DNA of 64,000 nucleotides, taken from IMG/VR virus record IMGVR_UViG_3300024999_000030, positions 62,001-126,000 of that record, one strand, 5' to 3'. A program made the position numbers and the translations under genes. The notes below the pieces were generated by a model, which did no database searches, had not been told where the DNA came from, and saw nothing but the letters and a program-made list of their open reading frames with translations. Every line of letters begins with the position of its first letter. Position 1 is the stretch's first letter. Below are positions 47,917 to 56,046 of the stretch, piece after piece.

Positions 47917-48726
47917 ATGGTTCCACAGTTAATTCAAATAGAATCCTCCACAGCATGTAGTGCTGCATGTGATTTTTGCCCACATAGTTCACTTCAGAGA
48001 AAAATGGGTTCTATGACGGATGCTTTGTTTTTAAAAATTATTAACGATGCTAATAATATGGGAATAAAGCACATTCTTCTTTTTCTTAATGGTGAGCCTT
48101 TGATTTTTAATCGTTTTTTTTACTGGCTTGAAGAATTGCGTCAGCGGAATATGGTGACTACTATCTTTACTAATGCTTCACATTTAACTGAAGATAAAGC
48201 TCATCGTTTAATTTCTTACGCTGATGTAATTAGAGATATTTTTTTCAGCGTTGCTGGTATAAATAAGGAAACCTGTTTTAATCTTACTGGTTTAGATTTT
48301 GATACGGTGGTTTCTAATGTTAAATATTTTGTGAATCTGAATAATGGTTTAATCCCAATTGCCGCTCATATGCCACTATATAGCAAAACAGTAGCCTTTT
48401 CGAAGCAATGGAAATTATTTTGGTCAGATGTGGTTGGTAGGGCCGATTTAACCGATTATTATAATTTTGCTGGATTAGTCACGCCAGAGAAAAGTCAAAG
48501 AAAAAAAGCGTTTTGTGGTCGCCTTACTCATTTAACAGTGTTATATGATGGTAGGGTGTGTCTGTGCTGTATGGACCCAGAGGGACAAGTAATTTTAGGA
48601 GATCTAAACACTCAGTCTATCACGGAAGTTTATAATGGTGAAATAATGGAAAAATATCGTATGGCCCATCACCGTGGAGACTTTTCTTACCCGTTGTGTT
48701 GTAACTGCAATATGAATGAAGTATAA
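47917..48726 (+). CDS. Radical SAM protein with SPASM/twitch domain
   Basis: CSAACDFC (CxxxCxxC), GEPL, and C-terminal CGRL...YDGRVCLCCMD...CCNC. Start moved from the track's TTG at 47905 to the ATG at 47917 behind GGAGGT. Confidence 0.9.
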   Translation: MVPQLIQIESSTACSAACDFCPHSSLQRKMGSMTDALFLKIINDANNMGIKHILLFLNGEPLIFNRFFYWLEELRQRNMVTTIFTNASHLTEDKAHRLISYADVIRDIFFSVAGINKETCFNLTGLDFDTVVSNVKYFVNLNNGLIPIAAHMPLYSKTVAFSKQWKLFWSDVVGRADLTDYYNFAGLVTPEKSQRKKAFCGRLTHLTVLYDGRVCLCCMDPEGQVILGDLNTQSITEVYNGEIMEKYRMAHHRGDFSYPLCCNCNMNEV

Positions 48727-48727
48727 T
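48699..48727 (+). promoter_or_regulatory. Sigma70-like promoter TTGTAA-17-TATAAT upstream of gmd
   Basis: Consensus -10 with 17-bp spacing, overlapping the end of the radical SAM gene. Confidence 0.45.
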
Positions 48728-48763
48728 ATTGTGGTTATCTAACTTAAGAGGAAAGGAATTGAT

Positions 48764-49738
48764 ATGAAAAAGGCATTAGTTACTGGTATTTATGGACAAG
48801 ATGGTGGTTTTTTAGCAAAACAGCTACTTCAAGAGAACTATGAAGTGTGGGGTGTAAAGCGCCGCTCAGCCTCATCTATTCCATGGCGGCTGGAAGCACT
48901 TGGTATCTTATCTCACCCAAATCTCCATATTATTGAGGGAGATGTAACAGATCCAATTTCCATGTTAGACTGTGTAAAACGCTCTCAACCAGATGAAGTT
49001 TATAATACGGCAGCCATGAGTCATGTGGGAACCTCATTTAAACAGCCTCTTGCCACTGCCCAAATTGATGGGTTGGGAGTTCTAAATATATTAGAGGCTA
49101 TTCGTACATTAGCTCCTGAAGCTAGATTTGTACAGTGTTCCACCTCGGAGCTTTATGGTAATTTACCCCCGGAGCAACAATCTCTAGGCGTATATCATCC
49201 ACGTAGTCCATATGGGGTGGCAAAGCTTTTTGGTTTTTGGACTACAGTTAATTATCGTGAAACATATAATATTTTTGCTTGCAATTCCATTTGCTATAAT
49301 CACGAATCAGCTTTACGCGGCGAAGACTTTGTTACTAGAAAAATTACACTTGGCTTAGCTGATATTGTAGCTGGTAAAAGCAAGGTGATTAAGTTGGGAA
49401 ATATTGATGCTCGTCGAGATTGGCAACATGCTAAAGATGCGTGTCGAGCAATGATTATGATGGCCCGCGCGGATGTAGCGGATGATTTTGTTGTTGCTAC
49501 TGGAGAATCTCATTCTGTACGAGAGTTTATTCAATTGGCGGTGAAGAAAGCTGGCTTAGGAGATGATTGTGAACGTTTTATTGAAATCGATCCACAGTTT
49601 TATCGTCCTGCTGAGGTCCCAGATTTGAAAGGGAATCCAGATAAAATTATGAAAACTTTGGGATGGAAACCTATTACATCTTACGAACAGTTAGTCGAGG
49701 AAATGGTTAATTATGATGTCTTTGGGAAGAAGCCTTGA
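48764..49738 (+). CDS. gmd: GDP-mannose 4,6-dehydratase
   Basis: KKALVTGIYGQDG, AAMSHVGTSF, STSELYG, PRSPYGVAK (YxxxK), NHESALRGEDFVTRKIT, LGNIDARRDW and YRPAEV. Confidence 0.95.
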   Translation: MKKALVTGIYGQDGGFLAKQLLQENYEVWGVKRRSASSIPWRLEALGILSHPNLHIIEGDVTDPISMLDCVKRSQPDEVYNTAAMSHVGTSFKQPLATAQIDGLGVLNILEAIRTLAPEARFVQCSTSELYGNLPPEQQSLGVYHPRSPYGVAKLFGFWTTVNYRETYNIFACNSICYNHESALRGEDFVTRKITLGLADIVAGKSKVIKLGNIDARRDWQHAKDACRAMIMMARADVADDFVVATGESHSVREFIQLAVKKAGLGDDCERFIEIDPQFYRPAEVPDLKGNPDKIMKTLGWKPITSYEQLVEEMVNYDVFGKKP

Positions 49739-49763
49739 CTTTTTCTAACTTTAAAATTATATT
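49735..49763 (+). promoter_or_regulatory. Sigma70-like promoter TTGACT-17-TATATT upstream of the tubulin gene
   Basis: The -35 overlaps the gmd stop codon; exact 17-bp spacer. Confidence 0.7.
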
Positions 49764-49799
49764 CCTCATGTAGAGAGAATCATATGCAAGGAGAAAATT

Positions 49800-51104
49800 A
49801 TGAGTGATAACGAATTTAAGATAGAGGCTACTGGAAATAGTGGCATTCATATCGAGAGTACTGGCGGAGTTAAAATTGAAGCAAAAGCTGGAACTCCGGT
49901 AGAGGTGAGAGGAGTAAAAGTGGGAATGACAGGTGAGCTTGCGATTCGTTTCGGTGTCATCGGTGCCGGGCAGGGAGGCTCTAGAATAGCCGAGGTGTTT
50001 GGTGCGCTGGGTTACCCATCTTGTGCCATTAACACGGCCAAACAAGATCTAAAATATATTAAACTGCCTGAAGACCGTAAACTTTGTATGGAATATGGTC
50101 TTGGCGGCGCAGGACGAGACATTCAATTAGGTGCCGAAGCCTTTACTGCTCATCGAGAATCTGTGCAGGCCCTTATTGATCGCACTTTTTCTGATGATGT
50201 GGACTATGCATTAGTGTGTGTTGGTGGTGGTGGTGGTACGGGATCAGGTGTAGCCGAACAACTTATTACGTTGTTACATTCTTATAATATGCCGGTTGGT
50301 ATGATTTACACTTTACCTCAATCTAATGAAGACGCTTTAACCCACGCTAATGCCGTTAAAGTGTTGGATAAGCTCAGTAAATTGGTTAAGGAAAAAATAC
50401 TCACTACTCTTATCGTGGTAGATAACGCTAAGATTGAAGCCATTTATCCTTCTTTATCTACTGTGGCTTTTTGGCAGAAAGCAAATGGTGACTTAGTTAA
50501 TATTCTCCATCAATTCAATCGTCTTACTGCACAGCCATCTCGTTTTGTATCTCTTGATCCCATGGACTTTGCTAAAATTATAACTGAGGGAGGGTGTACT
50601 GTATATGGAGCAGCTAGACTCTCAGAATATAAAGATGCAGAAAGCCTTGCGCAGACGGTAATTAACAGTGTTAAATCCGGCCTATTAGCCTCTGAATTTA
50701 CTCTATCTGAAGCCACAATGGGTGGATTAATTGTTACTGGTTCATTTGATATGCTTTCAACTGTTCCACAGGAAGATATCAATTATGCTTTATATAATCT
50801 TACTTCTATAGTTGGCCATGCTGGTCTTTATAGAGGAATTTATGATTTAGATTCTACGGATGCTGGACATGGCCTTGTGGTTTATACTATGTTGAGTGGT
50901 CTTGGTGTGCCCCATCGTAGAGTTGAAGCCCTTATCCAACGTGGCGAAGAGGGCGCTCAAGCCCTTGAGATTAAAAAGAATGATCATGCTAAAATGAACG
51001 TTATTGATTCTGATTCTTCCAGCGCCGATAATGACCGTCTTAAAAACATGCAAGCTAAACATGGTCCATTGGGTAAACTTTTGGGAAATAGAAAGAAGCC
51101 TTAA
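49800..51104 (+). CDS. Tubulin/FtsZ-superfamily GTPase
   Basis: GVIGAGQGGSRI (T1), NTAKQDL, GGAGRDIQLG, GGGGGTGSG (signature loop), VVDN and LDPMDF (T7-like loop). AAGGAG RBS. Confidence 0.92.
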   Translation: MSDNEFKIEATGNSGIHIESTGGVKIEAKAGTPVEVRGVKVGMTGELAIRFGVIGAGQGGSRIAEVFGALGYPSCAINTAKQDLKYIKLPEDRKLCMEYGLGGAGRDIQLGAEAFTAHRESVQALIDRTFSDDVDYALVCVGGGGGTGSGVAEQLITLLHSYNMPVGMIYTLPQSNEDALTHANAVKVLDKLSKLVKEKILTTLIVVDNAKIEAIYPSLSTVAFWQKANGDLVNILHQFNRLTAQPSRFVSLDPMDFAKIITEGGCTVYGAARLSEYKDAESLAQTVINSVKSGLLASEFTLSEATMGGLIVTGSFDMLSTVPQEDINYALYNLTSIVGHAGLYRGIYDLDSTDAGHGLVVYTMLSGLGVPHRRVEALIQRGEEGAQALEIKKNDHAKMNVIDSDSSSADNDRLKNMQAKHGPLGKLLGNRKKP

Positions 51105-51113
51105 GGAGAGAAG

Positions 51114-51278
51114 ATGAACTTTATAAAAGGTTTAGGGTCTTTGGGTTTATGGAATTTCATATTTTTCCAGTGGTTTTTTACTAGATTGGCTTTTAAATAT
51201 GATTTAAATACTAATGCTTATCTGGGATGGAAAATTCTTTTCCCGGTAGTTCCATTGACTCGATGGATTTTTAATTAA
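51114..51278 (+). CDS. 54-aa aromatic/hydrophobic small protein (below track cutoff)
   Basis: AAGGAG RBS. MNFIKGLGSLGLWNFIFFQWFFTRLAFKYDLNTNAYLGWKILFPVVPLTRWIFN; ends before the terminator. Confidence 0.7.
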   Translation: MNFIKGLGSLGLWNFIFFQWFFTRLAFKYDLNTNAYLGWKILFPVVPLTRWIFN

Positions 51279-51298
51279 ATTTTTAAGTTAAGTTTTAT

Positions 51299-51322
51299 GG
51301 CGCCCGCAAGGGCGCCTTTTTT
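51299..51322 (+). terminator. Rho-independent terminator
   Basis: GGCGCCC-GCAA-GGGCGCC followed by T6 (7-bp stem, GNRA loop). Confidence 0.92.
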
Positions 51323-51334
51323 GTTTCTTTTAGT

Positions 51335-51344
51335 CTATTAATGA
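51335..51344 (+). promoter_or_regulatory. Candidate late promoter variant CTATTAATGA
   Basis: Directly after the terminator. The context ctattaat(g)ataattgtta resembles 63572. About 30 nt before the ATG at 51374. Confidence 0.4.
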
Positions 51345-51373
51345 TAATTGTTATATGGATTGAGGAAAATATA

Positions 51374-51858
51374 ATGACAAAAATAATTTTTCTTTTTGGA
51401 AAAGAGGCTAAAAAATGTACTAAATGTCAACAAGATAAGTTATTATCAGAATTTCCAAAAAACAAAAGGGAAAAGAATAAAATATTATTAAGAAAGAAAG
51501 CACAAATACGCAGAAAAGCTAGAGCCCTACAAGACCCAGAATATAGATTGCTTCTTTGCTGTAGGAGCCGAATTAGCGATGCTATTAGAAGAAATAGGGG
51601 TTTTAGTGGAAAAAATCAAACCACTAAACAGCTAATAGGATGTTCATTATTACAACTTAGGCAACATATTGAAAGTAAGTGGCAACCGGGAATGACTTGG
51701 GAAAATTATGGTATCCGAGGGTGGCACATAGATCATATTAAACCATGTGCTTCGTTTATTCTAACGGACGAAAAACAATTACAACAATGTTTTTTCATTA
51801 TACAAATCTTCAGCCCTTGTGGTGGAGAGATAATTTAACGAAAGGAGCGAAAACATGA
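51374..51858 (+). pseudogene. Degenerate/frameshifted HNH endonuclease-like gene
   Basis: Has KKCTKC, LIGCS...HIE and MTWENYG..GWHIDHIKPCASF. After a T6 run (51790-51795) the -1 frame continues HYTNLQPLWWRDNLTKG and stops at TGA 51856-58, overlapping the amidase ATG. Confidence 0.8.
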
Positions 51859-52496
51859 AATTTAATACTGATTATTCCGCAACAACCACGGATTATTATC
51901 TGGTGGAAACAGTAAAACAAGGCATAACACTTCATTATACTGCTGGCAGCACTGCTTCTGGAGCCATTAGCACGTTATGTCAACAAGATATGGTATGTGT
52001 GCCTTTTGTGGTGGATAAAGATGGCACTGTCTATCAACTTTTTAATCCAAAATATTATGCTTTTCATTTGGGGATCCGTGGAGCAGCAGAAGGTTATAAA
52101 AAAGGACATTTTGATAAAAAATTTCTAAGTGTGGAAATCGTCAATGAGGGACCATTAAAAAAAGTTGGTTCAGATTATTTATGGTGGCCTAAAAATTGGG
52201 GAGCTAAATATACAGGAAAAGTAGTTAATTATTCTTTTCGTGGTTTTGATTATCATGCGGCATTTCCAGAGGTTCAAATCCAGGCTGTTTGTGAATTAAT
52301 AAAACATCTTTGTACTGAGTTTAATATTTCTAAAAGTTTAGTGCCAAAAGATAAACGTGAATTATTAGATTTAGATTATATGGATACCTTTGAGGGGATA
52401 TGTTCGCATGTTAATTTCAGGTGGGACAAATGGGACATTCCAGGTGAACCAGTCTTTCCGTGGGATAGGCTACAAAAGTATTTAGAAGACAAATGA
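51855..52496 (+). CDS. N-acetylmuramoyl-L-alanine amidase (Amidase_2), probable endolysin
   Basis: ITLHYTAG, FVVDKDGTVYQ, SVEIVNEG and ICSHVNFRWDKWD (zinc ligands H/H/D plus catalytic E). Confidence 0.88.
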   Translation: MKFNTDYSATTTDYYLVETVKQGITLHYTAGSTASGAISTLCQQDMVCVPFVVDKDGTVYQLFNPKYYAFHLGIRGAAEGYKKGHFDKKFLSVEIVNEGPLKKVGSDYLWWPKNWGAKYTGKVVNYSFRGFDYHAAFPEVQIQAVCELIKHLCTEFNISKSLVPKDKRELLDLDYMDTFEGICSHVNFRWDKWDIPGEPVFPWDRLQKYLEDK

Positions 52497-53398
52497 TTGA
52501 AATTACAGATCAGATAACCGGCATATATGAAAAAATTACAATAATCAATGAATTGCATTGGTCGCATAAACTTATGCATATTAATGAAGCTTGGGCTAGG
52601 GCAACAGGTAAAGGCGTTAAAATAGGTATAGTAGATACTGGTTGCGACATTCATCATCCAGATTTAAATGGCGCTATTGTTGGATGTCATAACTTTTCTC
52701 AATCATCGGGGCAATGCGAAGATATGCATGGGCATGGCACACACATAGCGGGTATTATAGCGGCTAAAATTACTGGCTCCGGTGTTTCGGGCGTAGCTCA
52801 TGGAGCTAGTTTATATATCGCAAGAGCTATAGATAATTCTGGAGTAGGAAATCCAGCAAACATAGCTAGGGCTATTGAAGCTTGTATAGATGCTGGATGT
52901 GATGTTATTAATTTATCTCTTGGGTGTCCAGAAGAATACATTCCAATGTCTCGGGCTATTCAACGAGCTACTGAAAAAAATATTATTGTTGTAGCTGCAG
53001 CAGGCAATTGTGGAGATAATAACGTTTCAACGGTAGAAGAACAGTGGCCAGCTAGATTACCATTTGTTATTTCTGTAGCTGCTATTAATAAAAAACTAAT
53101 TAACGCTTCATGGTCAGCTTCTGGTGATATTGAGTTTTCTGCTCCAGGAGTTGATATTTTATCTTGTTATCCAGGTGGTAGGTATGCTACTATGAGTGGC
53201 ACGAGTCAGGCCTGCCCGTTTATAACTGGGGCGTGTGCTCTAATGAAAGAAATAAAACGCGATATAAATAGAGAGCAAATTGTTAAATTGCTGTCGCAGT
53301 ATTCTATGTCTATAGGACATCAAGCCAGCTTTGGGGCCGGGGTGGTTAACGTTGTTGCTGCTTTAGAGTCCCTAGAGGGTATGTTGAAGCGAGGTTAA
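52493..53398 (+). CDS. Subtilisin-family (S8) serine protease with no signal peptide
   Basis: Catalytic triad IVDTG / HGTHIAG / GTSQACP, oxyanion AAGN. Confidence 0.95.
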   Translation: MIEITDQITGIYEKITIINELHWSHKLMHINEAWARATGKGVKIGIVDTGCDIHHPDLNGAIVGCHNFSQSSGQCEDMHGHGTHIAGIIAAKITGSGVSGVAHGASLYIARAIDNSGVGNPANIARAIEACIDAGCDVINLSLGCPEEYIPMSRAIQRATEKNIIVVAAAGNCGDNNVSTVEEQWPARLPFVISVAAINKKLINASWSASGDIEFSAPGVDILSCYPGGRYATMSGTSQACPFITGACALMKEIKRDINREQIVKLLSQYSMSIGHQASFGAGVVNVVAALESLEGMLKRG

Positions 53399-54109
53399 AT
53401 GAGTCAAGCGTCCGACCAAGCACGTGAGGAAATTTTAAAAGAAATCAAAGAGCTGCTTTCTGAAGGTGGTTCAGTTTCTCTTATTCCTAAATTAAGGGTT
53501 CCCAAACCTCCTCTTGCAGACAGAATGGCCGAAAAGCTTACTAATCTAGTAGGTTCCTGGCGCTTTGCACTATCCATGGTCGGCGCAGTTGTTCTATGGT
53601 TTCTTTGCAATATTGGGTTTTTCTTTTTTATGCCCTCTTTTGACCCATATCCATTTAATTTTTTAAATTTAATGTTAGCGGCGGTAGCAGCTTTTCAGGC
53701 TCCAGCTATTTTAATGGCACAAAACGCACAATATAGACGTGATTTACAACGAGAGATCCATCAATATGAAGTTATTTTAGCTGTTGAGGGTGAACTTCGT
53801 GCGTTATATAATAAATTATCTCATCTTGGAACTGATGTCGCTGTTGCTATTGAGGAGCTAGAGTTTTCACAAGATCAATCTAAAAAAGAATTGGGGGAAC
53901 TTTCAAATAATGTATCAAAAAATCTTAGTAGTACTTATGGCTGTCATTTAAAAATGGAAAAACTTCAAGATACAGCAGAAGATATTGTAACTAAAACTTC
54001 CATAATGCTTAGTCTAATTAAGAAACTAAAAGATGCCTCAGATCCATTTCCAATTACAAAAGAGATAAATGATAAAGGAAGGATTTTTCCAGATGATCCA
54101 AAGGGTTAA
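53399..54109 (+). CDS. DUF1003-like membrane protein with C-terminal coiled coil (candidate holin)
   Basis: LADRMAEKLTNLVGSWRF and FDPYPFNFLNLMLAAVAAFQAPAILMAQN match the DUF1003 pattern; two hydrophobic segments. Confidence 0.8.
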   Translation: MSQASDQAREEILKEIKELLSEGGSVSLIPKLRVPKPPLADRMAEKLTNLVGSWRFALSMVGAVVLWFLCNIGFFFFMPSFDPYPFNFLNLMLAAVAAFQAPAILMAQNAQYRRDLQREIHQYEVILAVEGELRALYNKLSHLGTDVAVAIEELEFSQDQSKKELGELSNNVSKNLSSTYGCHLKMEKLQDTAEDIVTKTSIMLSLIKKLKDASDPFPITKEINDKGRIFPDDPKG

Positions 54110-54125
54110 CCAGAAGGAGAAGAAA

Positions 54126-54401
54126 ATGTGGAATAAAATTAAAACCTGTATAATGAATTTAAAACAATGTTTATGCTCTAGCATTAAAGATATTCAGCTG
54201 GAAGAGTTAAAAAAACAATATCAAATGCAATTAAATGAAAATATTCACCTGCATCGTAAATTAGAAGAATGCGAAATTGCTATGCAGGCAGCTAAAGATA
54301 CAGTTACTGAGCTTAGTGATAAATTAAAAAAGACTGCTACAGATGAAATTCGCAAAAAAACTGTACTTCCTAAGAAAAACAATCAAAAACCCAAACGCTA
54401 A
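54126..54401 (+). CDS. Coiled-coil hypothetical protein
   Basis: AAGGAG RBS favours the ATG at 54126 over the track's 54069; heptad-like, with a basic tail. Confidence 0.65.
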   Translation: MWNKIKTCIMNLKQCLCSSIKDIQLEELKKQYQMQLNENIHLHRKLEECEIAMQAAKDTVTELSDKLKKTATDEIRKKTVLPKKNNQKPKR

Positions 54402-54430
54402 TTGACTTTTATCTTTAATAGTTTTATATT
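54402..54430 (+). promoter_or_regulatory. Sigma70-like promoter TTGACT-17-TATATT upstream of the replication operon
   Basis: Starts immediately after the upstream stop; exact 17-bp spacer. Confidence 0.7.
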
Positions 54431-54434
54431 ATAC

Positions 54435-54460
54435 AAGAGGGGTTTTATCCTCTTTTGTAT
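54435..54460 (+). terminator. Possible terminator hairpin closing the lysis operon
   Basis: AAGAGG-8nt-CCTCTT followed by TTGTAT; extends to ATACAAGAGG/CCTC(TT)TTGTAT. Confidence 0.4.
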
Positions 54461-54474
54461 TATTGGAGACAAAT

Positions 54475-56046
54475 TTGTTAACTTTTGTAGTTCAACATAA
54501 TATAACTAAAGTAGAAAAAATAGAGGATGTACCTCAAAGTTTTTTATTTGCATTGAATGATTATCTTAGTTATACCGAACAAGACTATCAATATACTTGG
54601 AGATATAAAAATACAGCCTGGAATGGAAAGAATTATCTTCTAGGCGGACGTTGGAACAAAGATATTTTTGTTCCTAGTTTTAGTTCTTTGAGTTTTAGGT
54701 CTGGTTTATTAAAGCGTGTTTTATATTTTTGCAAACAAAACGATATTGGATATTTAGTAATCGATGAACGTTCTTTTCCAGATTTAAATGATGGGTTACT
54801 GTGGAAGGGAAATTTACGTGATTATCAACAAATAGCCATAGATAGATTTTTAGATTATAAAAAGGGTATTATGGCCGCAGCCACAGGGGCGGGAAAATCT
54901 ATTATTATTACTAATATTGTTAGTCGTCTTAATATTCCCACTGTTATTTTATGCGGGACCATAGACCTTGTTATACAAATGAAAGAACATTTAGAACATG
55001 AGATTCCAGATTCAGCTATTGGAATTGTGGGCGATGGAAAATGTGAAATAGAACAAATTACCGTAAGTACTTGGCAATCTGCAGCAAGATCAATTGACAC
55101 TAGGGCCAAAACTTATTTTTATGACAGACAGGTGTCAGAAAAATTTGACACATCGCATTCTAATAAAATAACCACCATGCTTAAAGCCGCTCAATTAGTT
55201 GTATTAGACGAATCTCATTGTGCGAGAGCTAAAACCATTCAAACGGTTTTGCGTAACATCAACGCACCATATGTGTTGGGCACAAGTGCTACCCCCAAAC
55301 GCGATGAGGGAGATGATTTACTAATAGAAGCTGAGCTTGGTAATATTTTTTATGATATTAGTGCTTCTACTCTTATTGATAAGGGCTGGCTTGTTAGACC
55401 AACCATAGAATATCACTATATAGATAACTCGGCTCGCAGAGGAGAGTGGGACGATTTTCATGCTGTTTATAAACAACTCATTGTCAATAACGATGTTAGG
55501 AATTATATTATTGGAGAGAAGGCTCGTGAAATGGTACGAGCTGGCAGAAAAACATTAATACTGGTAGATTATTTAGAGGAGCACGGTAAGGTACTTGAAG
55601 AGATGCTATCAGATGTTCAAGCTGAATTTTTGAATGCCACTCTTTCATCTAAAAGAAGACAAACACTGTTAAATGCATTTAGAAATGGAGAAATAGATTG
55701 TATGATTGCGACTTCTTTAGCCGATGAGGGTCTCGATGTTCCCATTATTTCTGGTGAAATTTTAGCAGGTGGAAAGCGGGGCAAGACTAAAATAAGGCAA
55801 CGGGTTGGTCGCGTCTTACGTCCCCATGAAGATAAAGTAGATGCTCGTGTTATAGACTTTATAGACGATGGCAAGTTTGTTTTAGATCATAGTGTTGCTA
55901 GAATTGCTGCACTTAAAATGGAACCAGCATTTGACTTAGTGGCGAATAATGTTCCTAAAGAACGTAAAGAAATTATTCTTAAGAAGATTGAAAAAGCTGT
56001 AGGACGGATGAGAAAGGATGAGTTCGATGAGCAAACAACTGGATAA
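54475..56046 (+). CDS. Superfamily 2 DNA helicase (UvsW/XPB-like)
   Basis: ATGAGKS, DESH, SATPKR, ATSLADEGLDVP and QRVGRVLR. Start is probably the TTG at 54475 after GGAG (track gives 54463). Confidence 0.9.
   Translation: MLTFVVQHNITKVEKIEDVPQSFLFALNDYLSYTEQDYQYTWRYKNTAWNGKNYLLGGRWNKDIFVPSFSSLSFRSGLLKRVLYFCKQNDIGYLVIDERSFPDLNDGLLWKGNLRDYQQIAIDRFLDYKKGIMAAATGAGKSIIITNIVSRLNIPTVILCGTIDLVIQMKEHLEHEIPDSAIGIVGDGKCEIEQITVSTWQSAARSIDTRAKTYFYDRQVSEKFDTSHSNKITTMLKAAQLVVLDESHCARAKTIQTVLRNINAPYVLGTSATPKRDEGDDLLIEAELGNIFYDISASTLIDKGWLVRPTIEYHYIDNSARRGEWDDFHAVYKQLIVNNDVRNYIIGEKAREMVRAGRKTLILVDYLEEHGKVLEEMLSDVQAEFLNATLSSKRRQTLLNAFRNGEIDCMIATSLADEGLDVPIISGEILAGGKRGKTKIRQRVGRVLRPHEDKVDARVIDFIDDGKFVLDHSVARIAALKMEPAFDLVANNVPKERKEIILKKIEKAVGRMRKDEFDEQTTG

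Noticed and set aside
50223-50237. (GGT)5 microsatellite
   Set aside because: It encodes the conserved Gly-rich tubulin signature loop.
49800-51104. Phage nucleus (chimallin/PhuZ) system
   Set aside because: No shell gene or phage RNAP in the window, and host-type promoters are present. It cannot be excluded without the rest of the genome.
53082-53094. CTATTAATAAAAA inside the S8 gene as a late promoter
   Set aside because: It encodes AINKK, lies about 300 nt from the next start, and fits the expected chance rate.
54126-54401. Spanin
   Set aside because: No TM segment, lipobox or embedded partner gene.
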